54,528 nucleotides of DNA, from IMG/VR virus record IMGVR_UViG_3300044699_000129, positions 1 to 54,528 of that record. One strand, given 5' to 3'. The DNA is from a virus. Lineage: Duplodnaviria > Caudoviricetes. The notes under the pieces are model-generated. The model worked only from the letters and a program-made list of their open reading frames with translations, ran no database searches and was not told the DNA's origin. A program made the translations under genes and the position numbers. Positions 1 to 13,518 of the stretch are shown one piece after another (the stretch's first letter is position 1; the number at the start of each line of letters is the position of its first letter).

Positions 1-1914
1 CCGCCCGTGGTCGCATGACGCCGGGACGGCGCGGCGGGCGCACCGGACCGCCGCGCGCATAGTATTCTTCACCGTATCCGCCACCGTAGGTATCCTCGCC
101 GCTGGCGTACTGACTGTAGTCGTCGTACCCGCCACCGTAGTCATCGTACCCGCCACCGTAGCTGTAGTCGTCGTATCCGCCACCGTAGGTATCGTCACCG
201 CTGGCGTACTGACTGTAGTCGTCGTACCCGCCGCCGTAATTGTAGTCGTCGTACCCGCCACCGTAATCGTCACCGTAACCGTAGTCGTCGTACCCGCCGC
301 CGTAATCGTAGTCGCTGAAGTCGTAATCGGAGCCATCGTAACCGTAGTCGCTGGCGCCGTAGCCGCCCATGCCATCGTCGTCGTAGTTGTAATAGTCGTT
401 GAAATCCTGCCCGCCGCTTGGATCGTAGATCCCCTGCTGGTTGCCGTACTGGTCGATATCGTTGTAGCCGGCCAGCGTACCCAGATCTTCTACCCAAGGA
501 TTTTCCGGCTCCTCACCGCGCCGGTCCTCGATGTTCTCCGCCATCGGCACCCGGTCCCATGGATTGCCCGAAACGTTCGAGAGCTGGTCCTGAAACGACC
601 GCAGCGGCGAAACCGACGGCTCGGTCTGGGTCGGTGTCATCGGCCCGATATCGACTTGTGCCGGCGTGCCGGAGGGACTGCCCTGCTGCTGCAGCCACGG
701 GACGACACCCGGGTCGACATTGAACCCTTGCCCCTGACCATAACCCGGCGGCAGGGTCCAGTTCGCCGGTGCCTCCGGGGCGTTGTCGAACGTCAGCGGT
801 TCACCTTCCGGGGTCTGACCGAGGCCCGGCGACCACTGCGGCATCAAGTTGCCTTCGGAGTCGAAATACGGGACCGGACCTTGGAAGCCTAAATCTTCCG
901 GGGCGCCGGTCCCGTCATCTTCCTCGTCGCTGTCGGATAATGGGGCGGGCGGTACGTCCGCGATCCCCATGCCGCGCTCGGGAGCCTCGCCGCCACTGCC
1001 CTTTGGCTGTGCGTCGGTCTGGGCTGGGCCTGTTGCTGGCCGCCGCCACCGCCACCCTTGCTGCCGCCACCGCCGCCCTTGCCGCCGCCCTGCGGGGCCG
1101 GCGACTGCGAGGACGCGGTCGACTGCGCCTCCTGCCCGGTTGGCGGAACCTTGTTGGCCGCGTTGGCGGCGTCGTAATAGGCCGGCGGCACCTTCTGCAG
1201 CGTGGCCCCGGTGTTGAGCATGCCGAGGATCGCGTTCTCGGCGCCGGTCAGGCCGGCGTAGGCAGACTGCACCGCGCCCATCGCCTGCCCGGGGAGCTGC
1301 TGGCCCCAGCCGATGTACTTCTCCAGCATGCCCCGGCCGGTCTCGGCGGTGCGCTCGGCCGCCATCGTGCCGGCGCCGGCACGCGCCGCGGCGTCCGCCG
1401 TGCGGTTCGACATCAGCAGGCTCTGATAGCGCCCGGAGTTCGGGTTGACGTCGAAGCCCTGCAGCTTGCGCTCAAGCTCGTTGATCGCAGCCGTGTTCGA
1501 CTGCGCCTGCGTGCTCATGGCCTTGCCGGCCTCGTAGCGCTGGCGCTCCTCCGAGGCGTAGCTGCCCGCCTCGCGGAAATACTGCTCCATCGCGGGAGCG
1601 ACGCGGTCCTTGTACTGGCTCAGCAGGGTATCGGCGAGGCCCTTGCCGTAACCGGACATCTGCAGGAAGTTCTGGACGGTCTGGTCGGTGACCCCCATCC
1701 CCTTGGCGTACTGGTCCTGCGCCCACTGGAAGACCTTGTCCCCCAGCATCGACAGGTACTGCGCCTGCAGCAGGCCCCAGTCGGTCTGCGGCGAGGTGAC
1801 CGAGACCGGGTGCGAGGTGCTCTGGCTTTCCGAGCTGGCCCCGCCGCCGCCACCGGTGGACAGCGTGTAGGTGCCGCTGGACTGGGGTGGGCTGTCAAAG
1901 AAATCGTCGGCCAT
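1..1914 (-). CDS. Probable internal virion/ejection protein with Tyr/Gly/Asp-rich low-complexity C-terminal region (frameshift near 1020; runs off the left edge)
   Basis: ORF 889-1914 (Ala/Gln/Gly-rich, helical) continues after a frameshift as ...DAQPKGSGGEAPERG...YGGGYDDY repeats...YYARGGPV. It lies downstream of tail genes, a typical position for ejection proteins. Confidence 0.55.
72..340 (-). repeat. Coding tandem repeat encoding 7 x YGGGY(DD)
   Basis: Repeated gtcgtcgtacccgccaccgtag-type units; minus strand reads TAC GGY GGC GGR TAC GAC GAC with synonymous variation. Confidence 0.9.
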
Positions 1915-1961
1915 GGCTGTCCGTTCTCCCGCGAGGGAGCCGGCAGCATGCCCGCAATACG

Positions 1962-1977
1962 GTTAAGTAAGCGTTAC
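1962..1977 (-). promoter_or_regulatory. CtrA-like box / late promoter upstream of the 1914 gene
   Basis: Minus strand GTAA-cgcttac-TTAAC, then 12 nt after TTAA a -10-like CATGCT. Confidence 0.55.
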
Positions 1978-1995
1978 CGGGGCGGCAACGCGGGA

Positions 1996-2085
1996 TCAGG
2001 CGGCCTTGGCCTCGATCTTCCGCTTCTGCTTCTTGGCCTTGCTCTTCGGCTTGGCCTTGCTCTTCGACTTGCTTTTGGACTTCAT
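1996..2085 (-). CDS. 29-aa lysine-rich micropeptide (MKSKSKSKSKAKPKSKAKKQKRKIEAKAA)
   Basis: Read directly from sequence; GAGGAG ribosome-binding site 6 nt upstream of ATG; mostly AAG codons like other phage genes; absent from the ORF track (too short). Confidence 0.65.
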   Translation of the reverse strand: MKSKSKSKSKAKPKSKAKKQKRKIEAKAA

Positions 2086-2181
2086 CTTCTTCTCCTCTGC
2101 CAAGAAACGTGATGAGATATGCTATTTGGTGAAAACCAACTTCCACGCTGCCACGAACGGTGCACGTTGATCTGGTGCGGA

Positions 2182-2818
2182 CTATGCTTGACCGGTTACC
2201 GTTGAAAAACCCGTTCGAGATCGTACTTCGCGCGTGATGCTGCCACCCCCCACCACTTCGCGTACGTTCTTGACGGCCCGCTGCTGCCGATTGGCACGAC
2301 ATTGTACTGGCTGACCGAAGAAACGATAGTTGATGGCGCCGAACTCGCTATCGTCACTAACCCCAGCACCCGAGAAGGATCCGAGAGTGTTTGGCATCAA
2401 CCTGAAAGCTTAGGCTGCTCCCCGTTATTGGACTATGATACGTGAACCAAATTGAACGGCCGTGGTTTGGCGATTTTGTGGCAACGACAATTCCACGGAG
2501 CATCGTGGATTGGTCGCAAACCCTGTGAGTTGCCGAGATGTCAGGTTCTCCAGCGATGACCAGTCCGGGACTGGCTCCGAACACCCGCAAATTACGCATC
2601 TCCCAAGTACACGAAACAGTACCGGCGACGAAGGGCACCGCATTAGTGGTGAACCCGCCAGTGACTGGCATGGGGCAGACGATGTCGCTGCCTATACCTT
2701 GTGAAAGCGGCCACCAATCAAAAACCCACATCTTCGCCAAGCCCTCTAGCGGCTTGGTGCGCCAATGCACATCGACAATCCTGGTAAGAAAATCCTCGTG
2801 AACCGGCTGGTACACCAT
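2182..2818 (-). CDS. Hypothetical virion-associated protein, lower-GC C-terminal part (probable frameshift near 2400)
   Basis: ORFs 2357-2818 and 2182-2400 abut in the tail gene cluster; 3' end uncertain. Confidence 0.4.
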
Positions 2819-2826
2819 GCACTGCC

Positions 2827-3291
2827 CTAGCCACCTGAAATCGTAGCGTCCGGATTACCCTGACCGTTGGCATCGCCGGTCTTGGTATCCTTCCACACCC
2901 ATGTGGCGCCCGACCTTGTCGAGCATGACCAGCGACACGACCCGGTCATCGATGATCCACTGCTCCTTGTCCTTCGGGTTCTCCACCTTGATCTTCTTGC
3001 GCACGATGCCTTCTCAACAAAATTTATCCGCTTGATCCGGTCGTCCATCGCCTTGGGGATCTGGTTTTCTGCTCGGTGCAATGCGAAAGCTCGTTGTCGG
3101 CATGCCGAGATCTGCGCCAGACGCCGGTTGAACTCCGCGTCCTGCACCTGCGGCGAGAAATTGTAGTTGAACGCGCTGATCACGTCCTGCAGCGTGGCGT
3201 TCGGCGGCAATATGCGAAAGCCCTTCGGCGCGGTCGGGTCCGCTGCCGGCGACGTGACGGTGACGTTGCAGACCGGTGCTGTTGCCGCCAC
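2827..3291 (-). CDS. Hypothetical tail-cluster protein (internal frameshifts likely)
   Basis: GTG start with GAGG RBS right after the nozzle gene stop; central part reads out of frame. Confidence 0.5.
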   Translation of the reverse strand: MAATAPVCNVTVTSPAADPTAPKGFRILPPNATLQDVISAFNYNFSPQVQDAEFNRRLAQISACRQRAFALHRAENQIPKAMDDRIKRINFVEKASCARRSRWRTRRTRSSGSSMTGSCRWSCSTRSGATWVWKDTKTGDANGQGNPDATISGG

Positions 3292-3302
3292 GGTAACCTC
3301 CT

Positions 3303-6111
3303 CTAGAGCTGCGCCAGATCCTTGACGCTGGTCGCGATCTGCACGTCGCTGATCTGGATGCGCCCGGTGATCTCGAACTGCCAGTTATCGGCCTTGAAAC
3401 CGTCGATGATGCGCAGCACCTCGCCGGACCGGCGGATCTCGCGGCAATCGATCAGACGGTACGAGCCGTCGTCGTCGAGGTCCACAGTAGGTCTTGATGA
3501 ACCCCAACGGTCCGCCGGGAGCGTGTCCCACAGCGGGCTGTCGGCGTCTTCCTCCAGCCGCTCCGCGTTCAGTGCCGGCGTGTTCGGCGGCACCGTGAAG
3601 TAGACCTTCATCGCCGCGTAGTTGCGCTTGGCGTTCTGCTGGTAGTCGCGCGAACGCCAGACGTAGGTCTTCAGCGTGGGCGCCGGATCGGTGAAGTCGA
3701 AGTAGTACACCCCGCCATTCGCCACGACGATCCCGATGCCGGTCCACGGATCGGTCAGCACGTTCTGCACGTCGATGCCATCGAGTGGGCTGTCGAGAAG
3801 CTGCAGGCCGAGCCGGTGCCCGCCGGGCACCGGCCAGATCGAGAAGCCGGTATTGTCCTGCGCCAAGCTCGATGGTGAAGCCCTGCTGTGCCACGCTGTG
3901 GTCGAGCCCGTCCGGCGAGACCGAGCCCATGCAGTAGTAGCCCGACGCCAAGAGGATTCGCGCGGTGTGCTTCTGCGGCACGAGCTGCTGCCAGTTCTGC
4001 CGCGTTATCCAGCGGTCGCTGCTGTTCTCGACCACCCCGTTGCCGTTGACCTGTATCAGCCCGACCGGGCTCATGTAGGTCACCACCCGGTCGCCACCGA
4101 GAATGCTGGCGCGCGAGATGCAGGGGAAGCTCGTCGAGCACTTCACTTGGTTCATCTGCGACGGCGCCATGCCGCTGACCACGTAGGGCGCGGCCGCGGT
4201 GCACACCACCAGCGAAGACCCGGTCATGCCCATGCCGACAATCGGGAAATCCGTGGTCAGCACGTAGCCGGGCGGCCATGCATGCGGGCGGTAGGGCTCG
4301 CAGAACCAGATCTCGTTGCCGGTGAAGCCGGCCACCATGCCGTTCTGCATCACCGTCATGCCGAGCAGATTGGCCGGCGGCGGGAACCAGTTGGTGCTGG
4401 CAAGCTGGTCGTTCAGCGCCACCGTGCTGTTCGGAATATCGTCGGTGAAGCCTTCGGTGCCGATGGGAAACTCCTCCACGAAGAAGAACACCGTGGCCCC
4501 GCCCTCGCCCGGCACAGTGCGATAGAGGTTCACTTTCTTGATGTTGCGGTGGCCGCCGAGGTCGTTGGCGTTCGGCTGCCACAGGGTCACGTTCCATATG
4601 CCGTTCGACCATCCGGTCAGCAGGACCGGCGGCGACGGTGGGCTCTCCTCGCCGTACTCGGTCACCCATGTGTAGACATAGGCCCGGCTCTCCAGCACGT
4701 CCGAGGTGATCAGGTCGCCCCACATGTTCAAGGCCGATGCTGGCGCTGGACAGACCAACAGCGTTGGCGGGCGGGCCGTTGGTGAACGTGGTGTGGAACG
4801 CGACGTGCACGCCCTGCCCGGCGGCAACGTCAGCCGGGCCGCCCGCAACCCCGACACTGGAGTCGAACATGATGCCGATCCAGTAGGGCGTGTCGGCGTT
4901 CAGATTGGTCGGGTTGACGAAGGAGCTGACATTGGCGACGTCGGTGACCACGCCAGCCGTGATGTTGCCGGTATTGAGCAGCGTGCCGGGCTCGCCATTG
5001 ATGTCGTCGTAGAGCACCGCCGCAAAGTAGCTCTCGGGCCAGCCGCCTTCGGGGTCGTCCGGCAGGGTGTTGAACTTCACGTCCTGCAGCACCGTCGCGC
5101 CGGTCGGAAAGATGCGCGTCAGATAGATGAAATTGCCGAACACGTCGTTGCGCACGCCGGTGCTGGTCAAGTTGCCCAGCCGCAGGCGTTGCCACCCCCG
5201 ATAACCGACGCGGTCGGCGCGCAGCCGGGCGGCGGGACGCCCAGCAGCCATGCCGGCAAGCCGGCCTCGATGCGGTCGCGCGTATTGTACTGCGGCATCA
5301 GGCTCGGGCTGGCGAAGTAGTAGCGATCATGCTGGTCCTCGACCACCGGCGACTTGATCACGTTGGTGTCGGGGTCCTCGAACTCCAGCCACGAGGCGTT
5401 GCCGGTGATGTCGTTGGTGAACGACGGGTTGGTGCCGCCGAGAAACGTGGTCGTCGTGTGAGCGAAATCCACCGTGTCGTACAGCCACTTCAGCCGCTGC
5501 GTGCCGGTACTCTCGGCCACCGGCACGCGATTGAACGCCGTGCCGAAATCACTCGCCCCCACCTCCACGAACACGCCAACCAGATCGTTGCCGACGCGCG
5601 GGTCGTGCAGCCCGGGAACGGGCTCGGTGCCGGGCAGCACGTAGGCCACCTGCCCGTTGCGCGGCGTCGAGGTGCCGTACTCGATGCCCGCATAGGTGTT
5701 CTCGCCACTGTCGGCAGTCAGCGCACGGCTCAGGAACAACGCTGCCGCATAGACCCCGTCACCAATCAACACTTCAAGCGGTCGGCCCACGGCGCCGCCC
5801 TCGATGGCGGGCTGCAGCACGTCACGGTAGGTATAGGTGATGTCGCCGACGGTGACCGTGTCACCGTCGAGCGGCAGCCCGATGAACGCCAGATAAGCGC
5901 GCGCCTGCGTCTTGCTGACCACCGGGATGCGGTAGACCATGCGGGCGGCTGGATTGGTCAGCGCACGTAGGAGCTTCGGCTTGCGCCAGCCAATCAGCTC
6001 GCCGGAAAACAGGTAGCCGTTCTGTGCATAGGCCGCCTGCCCGTTCGGCAGCAGGGCCGACGACCATGCGGGGAGCATGCCCCCGAATTCTTCCAGCCTG
6101 AACGCGGGCAT
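3303..6111 (-). CDS. Tail nozzle / DNA stabilisation (tail tubular B-like) protein, split by several frameshifts
   Basis: N-terminus MPAFRLEEFGGMLPAWSSALLPNGQAAYAQNGYLFSGEL, central RAYVYTWVTEYGEESPPSP and WFCEPYRPHAWP, C-terminal YVWRSRDY...WQFEITG. Joined from ORFs 5167-6225, 3755-5251, 3385-4857 and 3303-3866. Confidence 0.7.
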
Positions 6112-6122
6112 GTGGGCACTCC

Positions 6123-6572
6123 CTACACGTCGGTAGAACTCGCCTTGATGACACCCTGACCCTTCTTCGGGTCGGGGATGTAGTCGTCCGGACGGAACAC
6201 CGGAGTGGAGCCCTTGTCCGCCCACTTGTCGCGCTTGTGTGCCTCGTGCACCTCGCGCCGGGTGGCTTCCTGCGCCTCGAATTCCGCGACGCGCTGCTGC
6301 CCGGCCTCCATCTCGCGCCGGGTCTGCTCCTGCACGGCAGGGGAAGGCGCCGGGGGAACGTAGGCCGGCGGGGGCGGCGGCGTGCGCGCTTCGAGGATCG
6401 CCCGCACGAAGTCGAACTCGCGGTCCTGCTCCATCGCGTCAGCGTAGAGTTTTGCCTCCTCCTTGGAACGGGTCGGATCGAATGGCTTCTCTTCGGAAGC
6501 GACGGTCGTCGGGCTTGGCACTGGCAAGTTCTCCCCGGTGCCCGGCGGGGGTGGCTGCCGGATCTTCGCCAT
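6123..6572 (-). CDS. Hypothetical Pro/Glu-rich protein
   Basis: MAKIRQPPPPG start with GGAGGT RBS, within ORF 6123-6716. Confidence 0.65.
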   Translation of the reverse strand: MAKIRQPPPPGTGENLPVPSPTTVASEEKPFDPTRSKEEAKLYADAMEQDREFDFVRAILEARTPPPPPAYVPPAPSPAVQEQTRREMEAGQQRVAEFEAQEATRREVHEAHKRDKWADKGSTPVFRPDDYIPDPKKGQGVIKASSTDV

Positions 6573-6737
6573 CGAAACCTCCTTGCATGGTGCCGGTGAA
6601 ATGCGTGCGCGACGTGCCGATGGCCGCCTGCCGGGCACCCTTGGCAGAACGGTCGGCCCGCCCGAAGGTAACACTCCATGGCGGGTTCTTGGCGCTGTCT
6701 TCCATGACGCGCTCAAGCGGGGGAAACGGCATCTTGG

Positions 6738-7522
6738 TCATGGCGCCACCGACTTGTAGGGGTGCGAGGCGCTCAGGTTCCCGGTCAGCCCCCATTTCCA
6801 CGCAAGATACCCCTCGACTTTCTGACGGTCGCCGGTGGTCTGCTTGGCGTTGGTAAACAGAACCTCGGAAATCCAACCATCGAGCCCGACCAGAGAGTTG
6901 TTTGCCCCGATATGCGGATTACTGCCTGACCACGACACGGTGTTCGTGCCGGTAGAAAACAGCGGGGATGTCCCCCCACCCGAACCTCCGGTGCCGCCGT
7001 CGACATACAACGCCCAATCATTGGCTGCGCTGTAGAGAGAAAAAATCCGGTATGAAGTCAGCGCACCCGTCGGTGCCCCGCACGACTTGCGCACAGTCGA
7101 TCCGAAATCGATGTACAGGTTACCATCACTGAACGGCCAATGATTGTCAGATCCAGACGTACCCCATGACATGTTGCCATTGTTGACAGCCGCGCTGATA
7201 ACCTTCTGGATCATGTAGGCAGAACCCGCAGATCCCGCGCTCAGTATGGTTCTGGGTGTCGTAAATCGTTGAGCACTGGAAGCCGTGAACCTCAAGGTGT
7301 TCAAGCTGTTCAAATCAGCTGCGGCAAGTGTTGGACGGGTAGTACCGGTCTGCGAGAGATCGAACCCGTTACCCGACGAGTCCGACCACGCCCCCTGTGG
7401 GTCGCCATTGCTGCCGGTCAGGATGTCCGCCTTGTACCACGCACGCAGTGCACTCCCGAGATCGCCGGGGGTCCACCCTAAAATCTTATACGGCAGGAGG
7501 ATCTGCGCAGCGACATGGGCCA

Positions 7523-7523
<1 letters not shown>
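6738..7523 (-). CDS. LamG/concanavalin-A-like (jelly-roll) tail-associated receptor-binding protein
   Basis: WYKAD...WSDSSGNGFDLSQ N-terminus and LDGWISEVLF...KVEGYLAWKWG C-terminus, typical of phage lectin-like fibre domains. Confidence 0.65.
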
Positions 7524-9509
<1,986 letters not shown>

Positions 9510-9513
<4 letters not shown>

Positions 9514-10431
9514 GCCGCCGGCCTCACGTCGTAGTGCACGACGTAGTGCAGGGTCTGGCCGTCATTGGTCGTGACGCTGAAATTCACCGTGAACGTGGCA
9601 GGCGTGTCCGTGCTCTCGACATACCAGACGGCGGAGCGCCGGTTCGCGGTCAGGCCGACGCCGTTCACCACCGCGTCGTCGTCGATCACGGTTACCGGCA
9701 CGGTAATTCCGGTCAACAGCACGCCACGGTCGAGAAAGTAATCGAAATTGGCGCAGAACTTCTCGATGTTGCTCGGCGTCATTGCCACGACACCGAGGTC
9801 ATCGTCCGCGTCCGCAATTTCGAAACATCCGTCCCATGGCTCAGCTGGACCCCATGGCCTGCCAGAAAATATCCGCCGGACCGGTATTCACTCCCACCGA
9901 GAAGCCAATGGTCGAGCGACTGACCACGGTCGGATAAGTCCCGGTCGGGCCGCTGTAGCCCAGCGTGATCACCGGCGCGGTCCCGTAGGCAATCGGGAAG
10001 CCCAATGGCGCCACCGGGCGCGCCCGCTATCGTGGTGGCTCCCCACGCAAACAGGATATTGTTGAACATCACGTAGCCGGTTGGCCCCGGCGTACCAGTG
10101 GCACCGGTGGATTTGACCGGCCCGGTCGGGCCTGTGTTTCCGGTCGGCCCCGGTCGGGACCCGTGTTGCCGGTGACACCGGTCGCCCCGGTCAACGCAAA
10201 ACCGGCCGTGCCGGTGAACCCGGTCGGGCCTACCGCACCGGTCGGTCCGGTTACGGTCGAGTCGGCACCCTGCGCGCCGGTCTGCCCGCGCATGCCGGTC
10301 GGCCCGGTGACTCCCGGTCGGCCACTTGGGCCGGTCGGTCCACTCGGTCCGCCGAACGGCCCGGTGGGACCCCCCACATCAACGACAGGGCCGGCCGAAA
10401 CTGGGTGCAGGCCGAAGTTTTCTACCGGCAT
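9510..10431 (-). CDS. Collagen-like fibre protein with C-terminal beta domain, frameshifted
   Basis: ORFs 10069-10431 (GPT repeats), 9779-10072 and 9510-9788 are contiguous. The C-terminal domain resembles the N-terminal domain of the next fibre gene (F...L..G..IT...TND.Q). Confidence 0.6.
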
Positions 10432-10433
10432 GG

Positions 10434-10811
10434 CTATCCCTCGGTCACGGCTTCGGCGTACTGGAATTCGCCGTGCATCAACTGCGTTACCACTGCCGTA
10501 TAGCTGTCCGTCATGAGCAGGTCATAGAGGTACACCCCCGGCACGAGCGCGGCCTGCATGGTGGCGGCGGACACGTTGAAGTAGAGTATCCGCAGGATCG
10601 GTGTCGCCACCACGATCTGTGCATGCCGCCGATGTGAACACCAGCACTTCCGGCGACTGCTCGAAAGTTGCCCTTCAGCCCCATGCGGAACGTCTTGTTG
10701 TTGAAATCCCAAGACGTATCGCCGCGTCGTCGAACTGCAGCGCATCGGAGAACGTCGTGTTCTTGGCCACGATGAAATCGAATGGGCGCTGGTCGGCGAC
10801 GCCGTGTGCAT
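10434..10811 (-). CDS. Small baseplate-upper/adaptor-like beta protein (frameshifted)
   Basis: MHTASPTSA... start overlapping the upstream stop; C-terminus [15 protein letters not shown]...LMHGEF. Confidence 0.5.
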   Translation of the reverse strand: MHTASPTSAHSISSWPRTRRSPMRCSSTTRRYVLGFQQQDVPHGAEGQLSSSRRKCWCSHRRHAQIVVATPILRILYFNVSAATMQAALVPGVYLYDLLMTDSYTAVVTQLMHGEFQYAEAVTEG

Positions 10812-11460
10812 CAGATGAACCTCGTCGGGTAGGCGGTGCTCACACCCGCCACGCTGCGACTTGCTCCCCCACCCGCGCGGGAAGGCCCAGTCCTGCGCAC
10901 CCTTGAGATTGGCGCGCTCGGCCGCGACCTTGGCGATCTGGATGCCGGTACGGAAACGGCGCAGGTGGTAGGCGGAAAGGTTGTTGTTGGTGTAGCTCTT
11001 CTGCTGCTGCCCCATCATTTTGCCGAGCAAGCCGTCAAGGATGTGGATACTGTACTTTCCCAGCGTCCAGTCCGGCGCAATCGGTAATGCCTCCTTGGTC
11101 ACCGGCAGCGTGACACTCTTCACCACGCGCGCGGTGAAGTTCGCCGTGGCATCGCTCTGTGGCACATCGGACAGCTGCACCGTGCCGAATTCCGGCATGA
11201 ACGCTGCGACGTTCGAGCCGTTGCCATCCCACACGCCGATCAGCCGGATGATCTGCCCGTCCAGACGCGGCGCCAGCAGGTAGTCCTGCGTGCCGGCGAC
11301 CGGCAGAAAGACGATGTCCTCGCGCCAGCAGCCCGAGTCGTAGAAGAACTCCTTCAGCACGTCGTACAGCTCGGCCTTGATGCCGGCCTCGGACGCACCG
11401 GTGAGGTGGGTCTGCGCCTGCGCCCAGAAACTGCTTGACCTCGCGCGGGTCCAACGCCAT
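10811..11460 (-). CDS. Head-tail adaptor / tail tubular A-like protein (frameshifted)
   Basis: MALDPREVKQF...LKEFFYDSGCWREDI...ILDGLLGKMMGQQQKSY; position downstream of the capsid gene. Confidence 0.55.
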
Positions 11461-11465
11461 GGCGG

Positions 11466-11897
11466 TTATCCTGTCTCAGGAGAGCCCGCGCCGGGCGGGC
11501 CGGCACGGCCCTTGCCGCCGCGCGGTCCCGGCGTGCCGCCCTGCATTGGTATCAGACGCTGCCCGGTCAAAAGGTTTTCGAAGTTGTTGAGGAAGACATT
11601 GGCGCGGGCGTCCTGCGTGTCCTCCTCGTCGCGCAGCAGCGCGTGCCCGGCGGTGCCGAACTCGATGGCGAGCCGAAACTGCCGTTCAATCGGGATGACC
11701 GCGCCGCTGATCTCTTCATACTGGTCCGGCTCGGTCACGCCGTAGCGCTCGATGAACAGGTCGGGACGCAGCCGGCGCGCCTCGTTCAGCGAGATGTTCA
11801 GCGCCGCCAGCAGCGACGTGTCGCCGTACCGGTAGGGTCGTATCTTGTCGAGCAGCAGGTTGCGCACCCCGCGTATCATCGACTCCACGGTCATCAA
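11466..11897 (-). CDS. Head-completion/adaptor protein
   Basis: RNLLLD..PYRY.D..LL.ALN..L.E..RLRPDLF motif typical of podoviral adaptor proteins. Confidence 0.6.
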   Translation of the reverse strand: MMTVESMIRGVRNLLLDKIRPYRYGDTSLLAALNISLNEARRLRPDLFIERYGVTEPDQYEEISGAVIPIERQFRLAIEFGTAGHALLRDEEDTQDARANVFLNNFENLLTGQRLIPMQGGTPGPRGGKGRAGPPGAGSPETG

Positions 11898-11913
11898 ATT
11901 TGGGGCGGCACAG

Positions 11914-12409
11914 CTAGGTACCCCTCATGTAGCGACACACCGCCTCAAGATCGGCAAGGATCGCGTCCGACTTGAGCCGGTTTGCCCGGTGTGAGATCAC
12001 GAACACATTCCCCTGCACGTAGACCGAGTTCGCAAACCTTGCGATCCAGCGTAGCTGCATTTGTCCTAATTTTTCGTTCACCGGGCGGCGTCCGGCTGTA
12101 ATCCAATTCGATCCCGAGGATGGGGCAGTGGGTCGGCCACTGCAGCGTCTCCACCGAAATGTCGAACGGCAGGCCGTCGCGCTTTGCCCGATATTTCGCT
12201 TGTGCCACCAGTGCACCACGCGGGTTCTTTGCTCGCTGATTTCGCTGATACTCAGCGTATTTGGCGAGATTGGCCTTGCGATACTCCCGCTGTTGTTCGC
12301 GGTACGGTGCGTAGTCCCGGTAACGCTGGCGCTCCTTCCCAGCGTGATCGGTGCGTTGGTGGTACTCCCGCATATACGCCTTGCGCTTCTCAGGATCGGT
12401 AAGTGGCAT
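11914..12409 (-). CDS. Free-standing HNH-type homing endonuclease (frameshift near 12020)
   Basis: THCPILGIEL...ATLDRK..ELG / YVQGNVFVISHRANRLKSD motif; basic N-terminus MPLTDPEKRKAYMREY. Confidence 0.75.
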
Positions 12410-12506
12410 TGGGTCCTCCGAGGTGGGTTACCACGACGGTAACACACCTCGGATGTAGACTTTCAACCTTTTATCAATCCAAGTATTCGCAAGTATAGTT
12501 AAGTAA

Positions 12507-13518
12507 TCACCCCGCTGGAGTGACCTGCGCTTGGACCAAACTTTTGCCATCAACTACTTGATAGCCGTATACTTGAAGACCTCGCAAGATTTGAGCGAAG
12601 GTCAATTCTGATCTTAGCGTCTCGATTTTTCGAAATTTGCGAGGCGAATGTTAGCCCATGCGCATGACCTGCAAATATAGGCCACTCTCCACTTGAGAAG
12701 TTCGTGGAGTCTGTACTGTTGTTCGGCAACAAATTGCTGATGTAGATGGTGAAGCGGTCCACCATGCCGAGCCGTCCGTTGCGCAGCATCGAGACACTGT
12801 CGCCCGAGAGGTAAGCCTGCCTGAGTTCGGACTGCTTGATCATGCGTCCGGCCCATGCCGGCATCACGACCCAGCGGCCGACTTCCGGGATGTTCTGCTC
12901 GTCCAGCACCTGCCCCATGCGCAGCAGGATATCGACCAGCTCGATCTGGCCCGAGCCGGCGTTGCGGCCGACCACCGAGAGCGGCGTGCCCTTGATGCCG
13001 AGATTGATCGATGCGGTGATGATCCGGCCGCAGTGCCTTGGTTGGCCGCCGCCATCTGGTTGACGATGCCGCCGAGCACGTCCTGATCGACCACGATCTT
13101 CAGCTGTTGCGCGGCGTCGTCGGACCACATCGAGAGAATGTTGAGATCACTCTGGATCTCCATGACGTCGTCGAGCATGAGCGAGAAGTACTTGCCATTG
13201 CCGATGTACAGCGAAATGGACCCGCCGGTCGGGCGGTCCAGACCCAGAAGGACCGTCGGCGCGGTAGTCACGGATGGTGACAGTGGGCTTGGTGCGGATC
13301 TTGACCCGGTCGCCTTGGTTCTTGATCTCGCCTTCGTAGTCGGTGTTGGAGATCGCCGCGAGCACGGTGCTCGCGTAGAACTTCTCGACCAGCTTGCCCG
13401 ACCAGATCTCGGGGATGAACCCGGTGGCCTGCAGATTGTTGGAGCTACTGCCAACCGGATAAATGGCAGGCGTCGAGCCGGCGGTTGCGCCGGGGAATGC
13501 GGTCGTCGGGATAGCCAT
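12507..13518 (-). CDS. Major capsid protein (HK97 fold), frameshifted
   Basis: FIPEIWSGKLVEKFYASTVLAAISNTDYEGEIKNQGDRVKIRTKP...GRWVVMP...RNGRLGMVDRFTIYISNLLP...RGLQVYGYQVV; follows a scaffold-like gene. Confidence 0.85.

Noticed and set aside
72-340. Short repeats resembling a CRISPR array
   Set aside because: No unique spacers; variation is at synonymous positions of a YGGGYDD peptide repeat, so it is coding.
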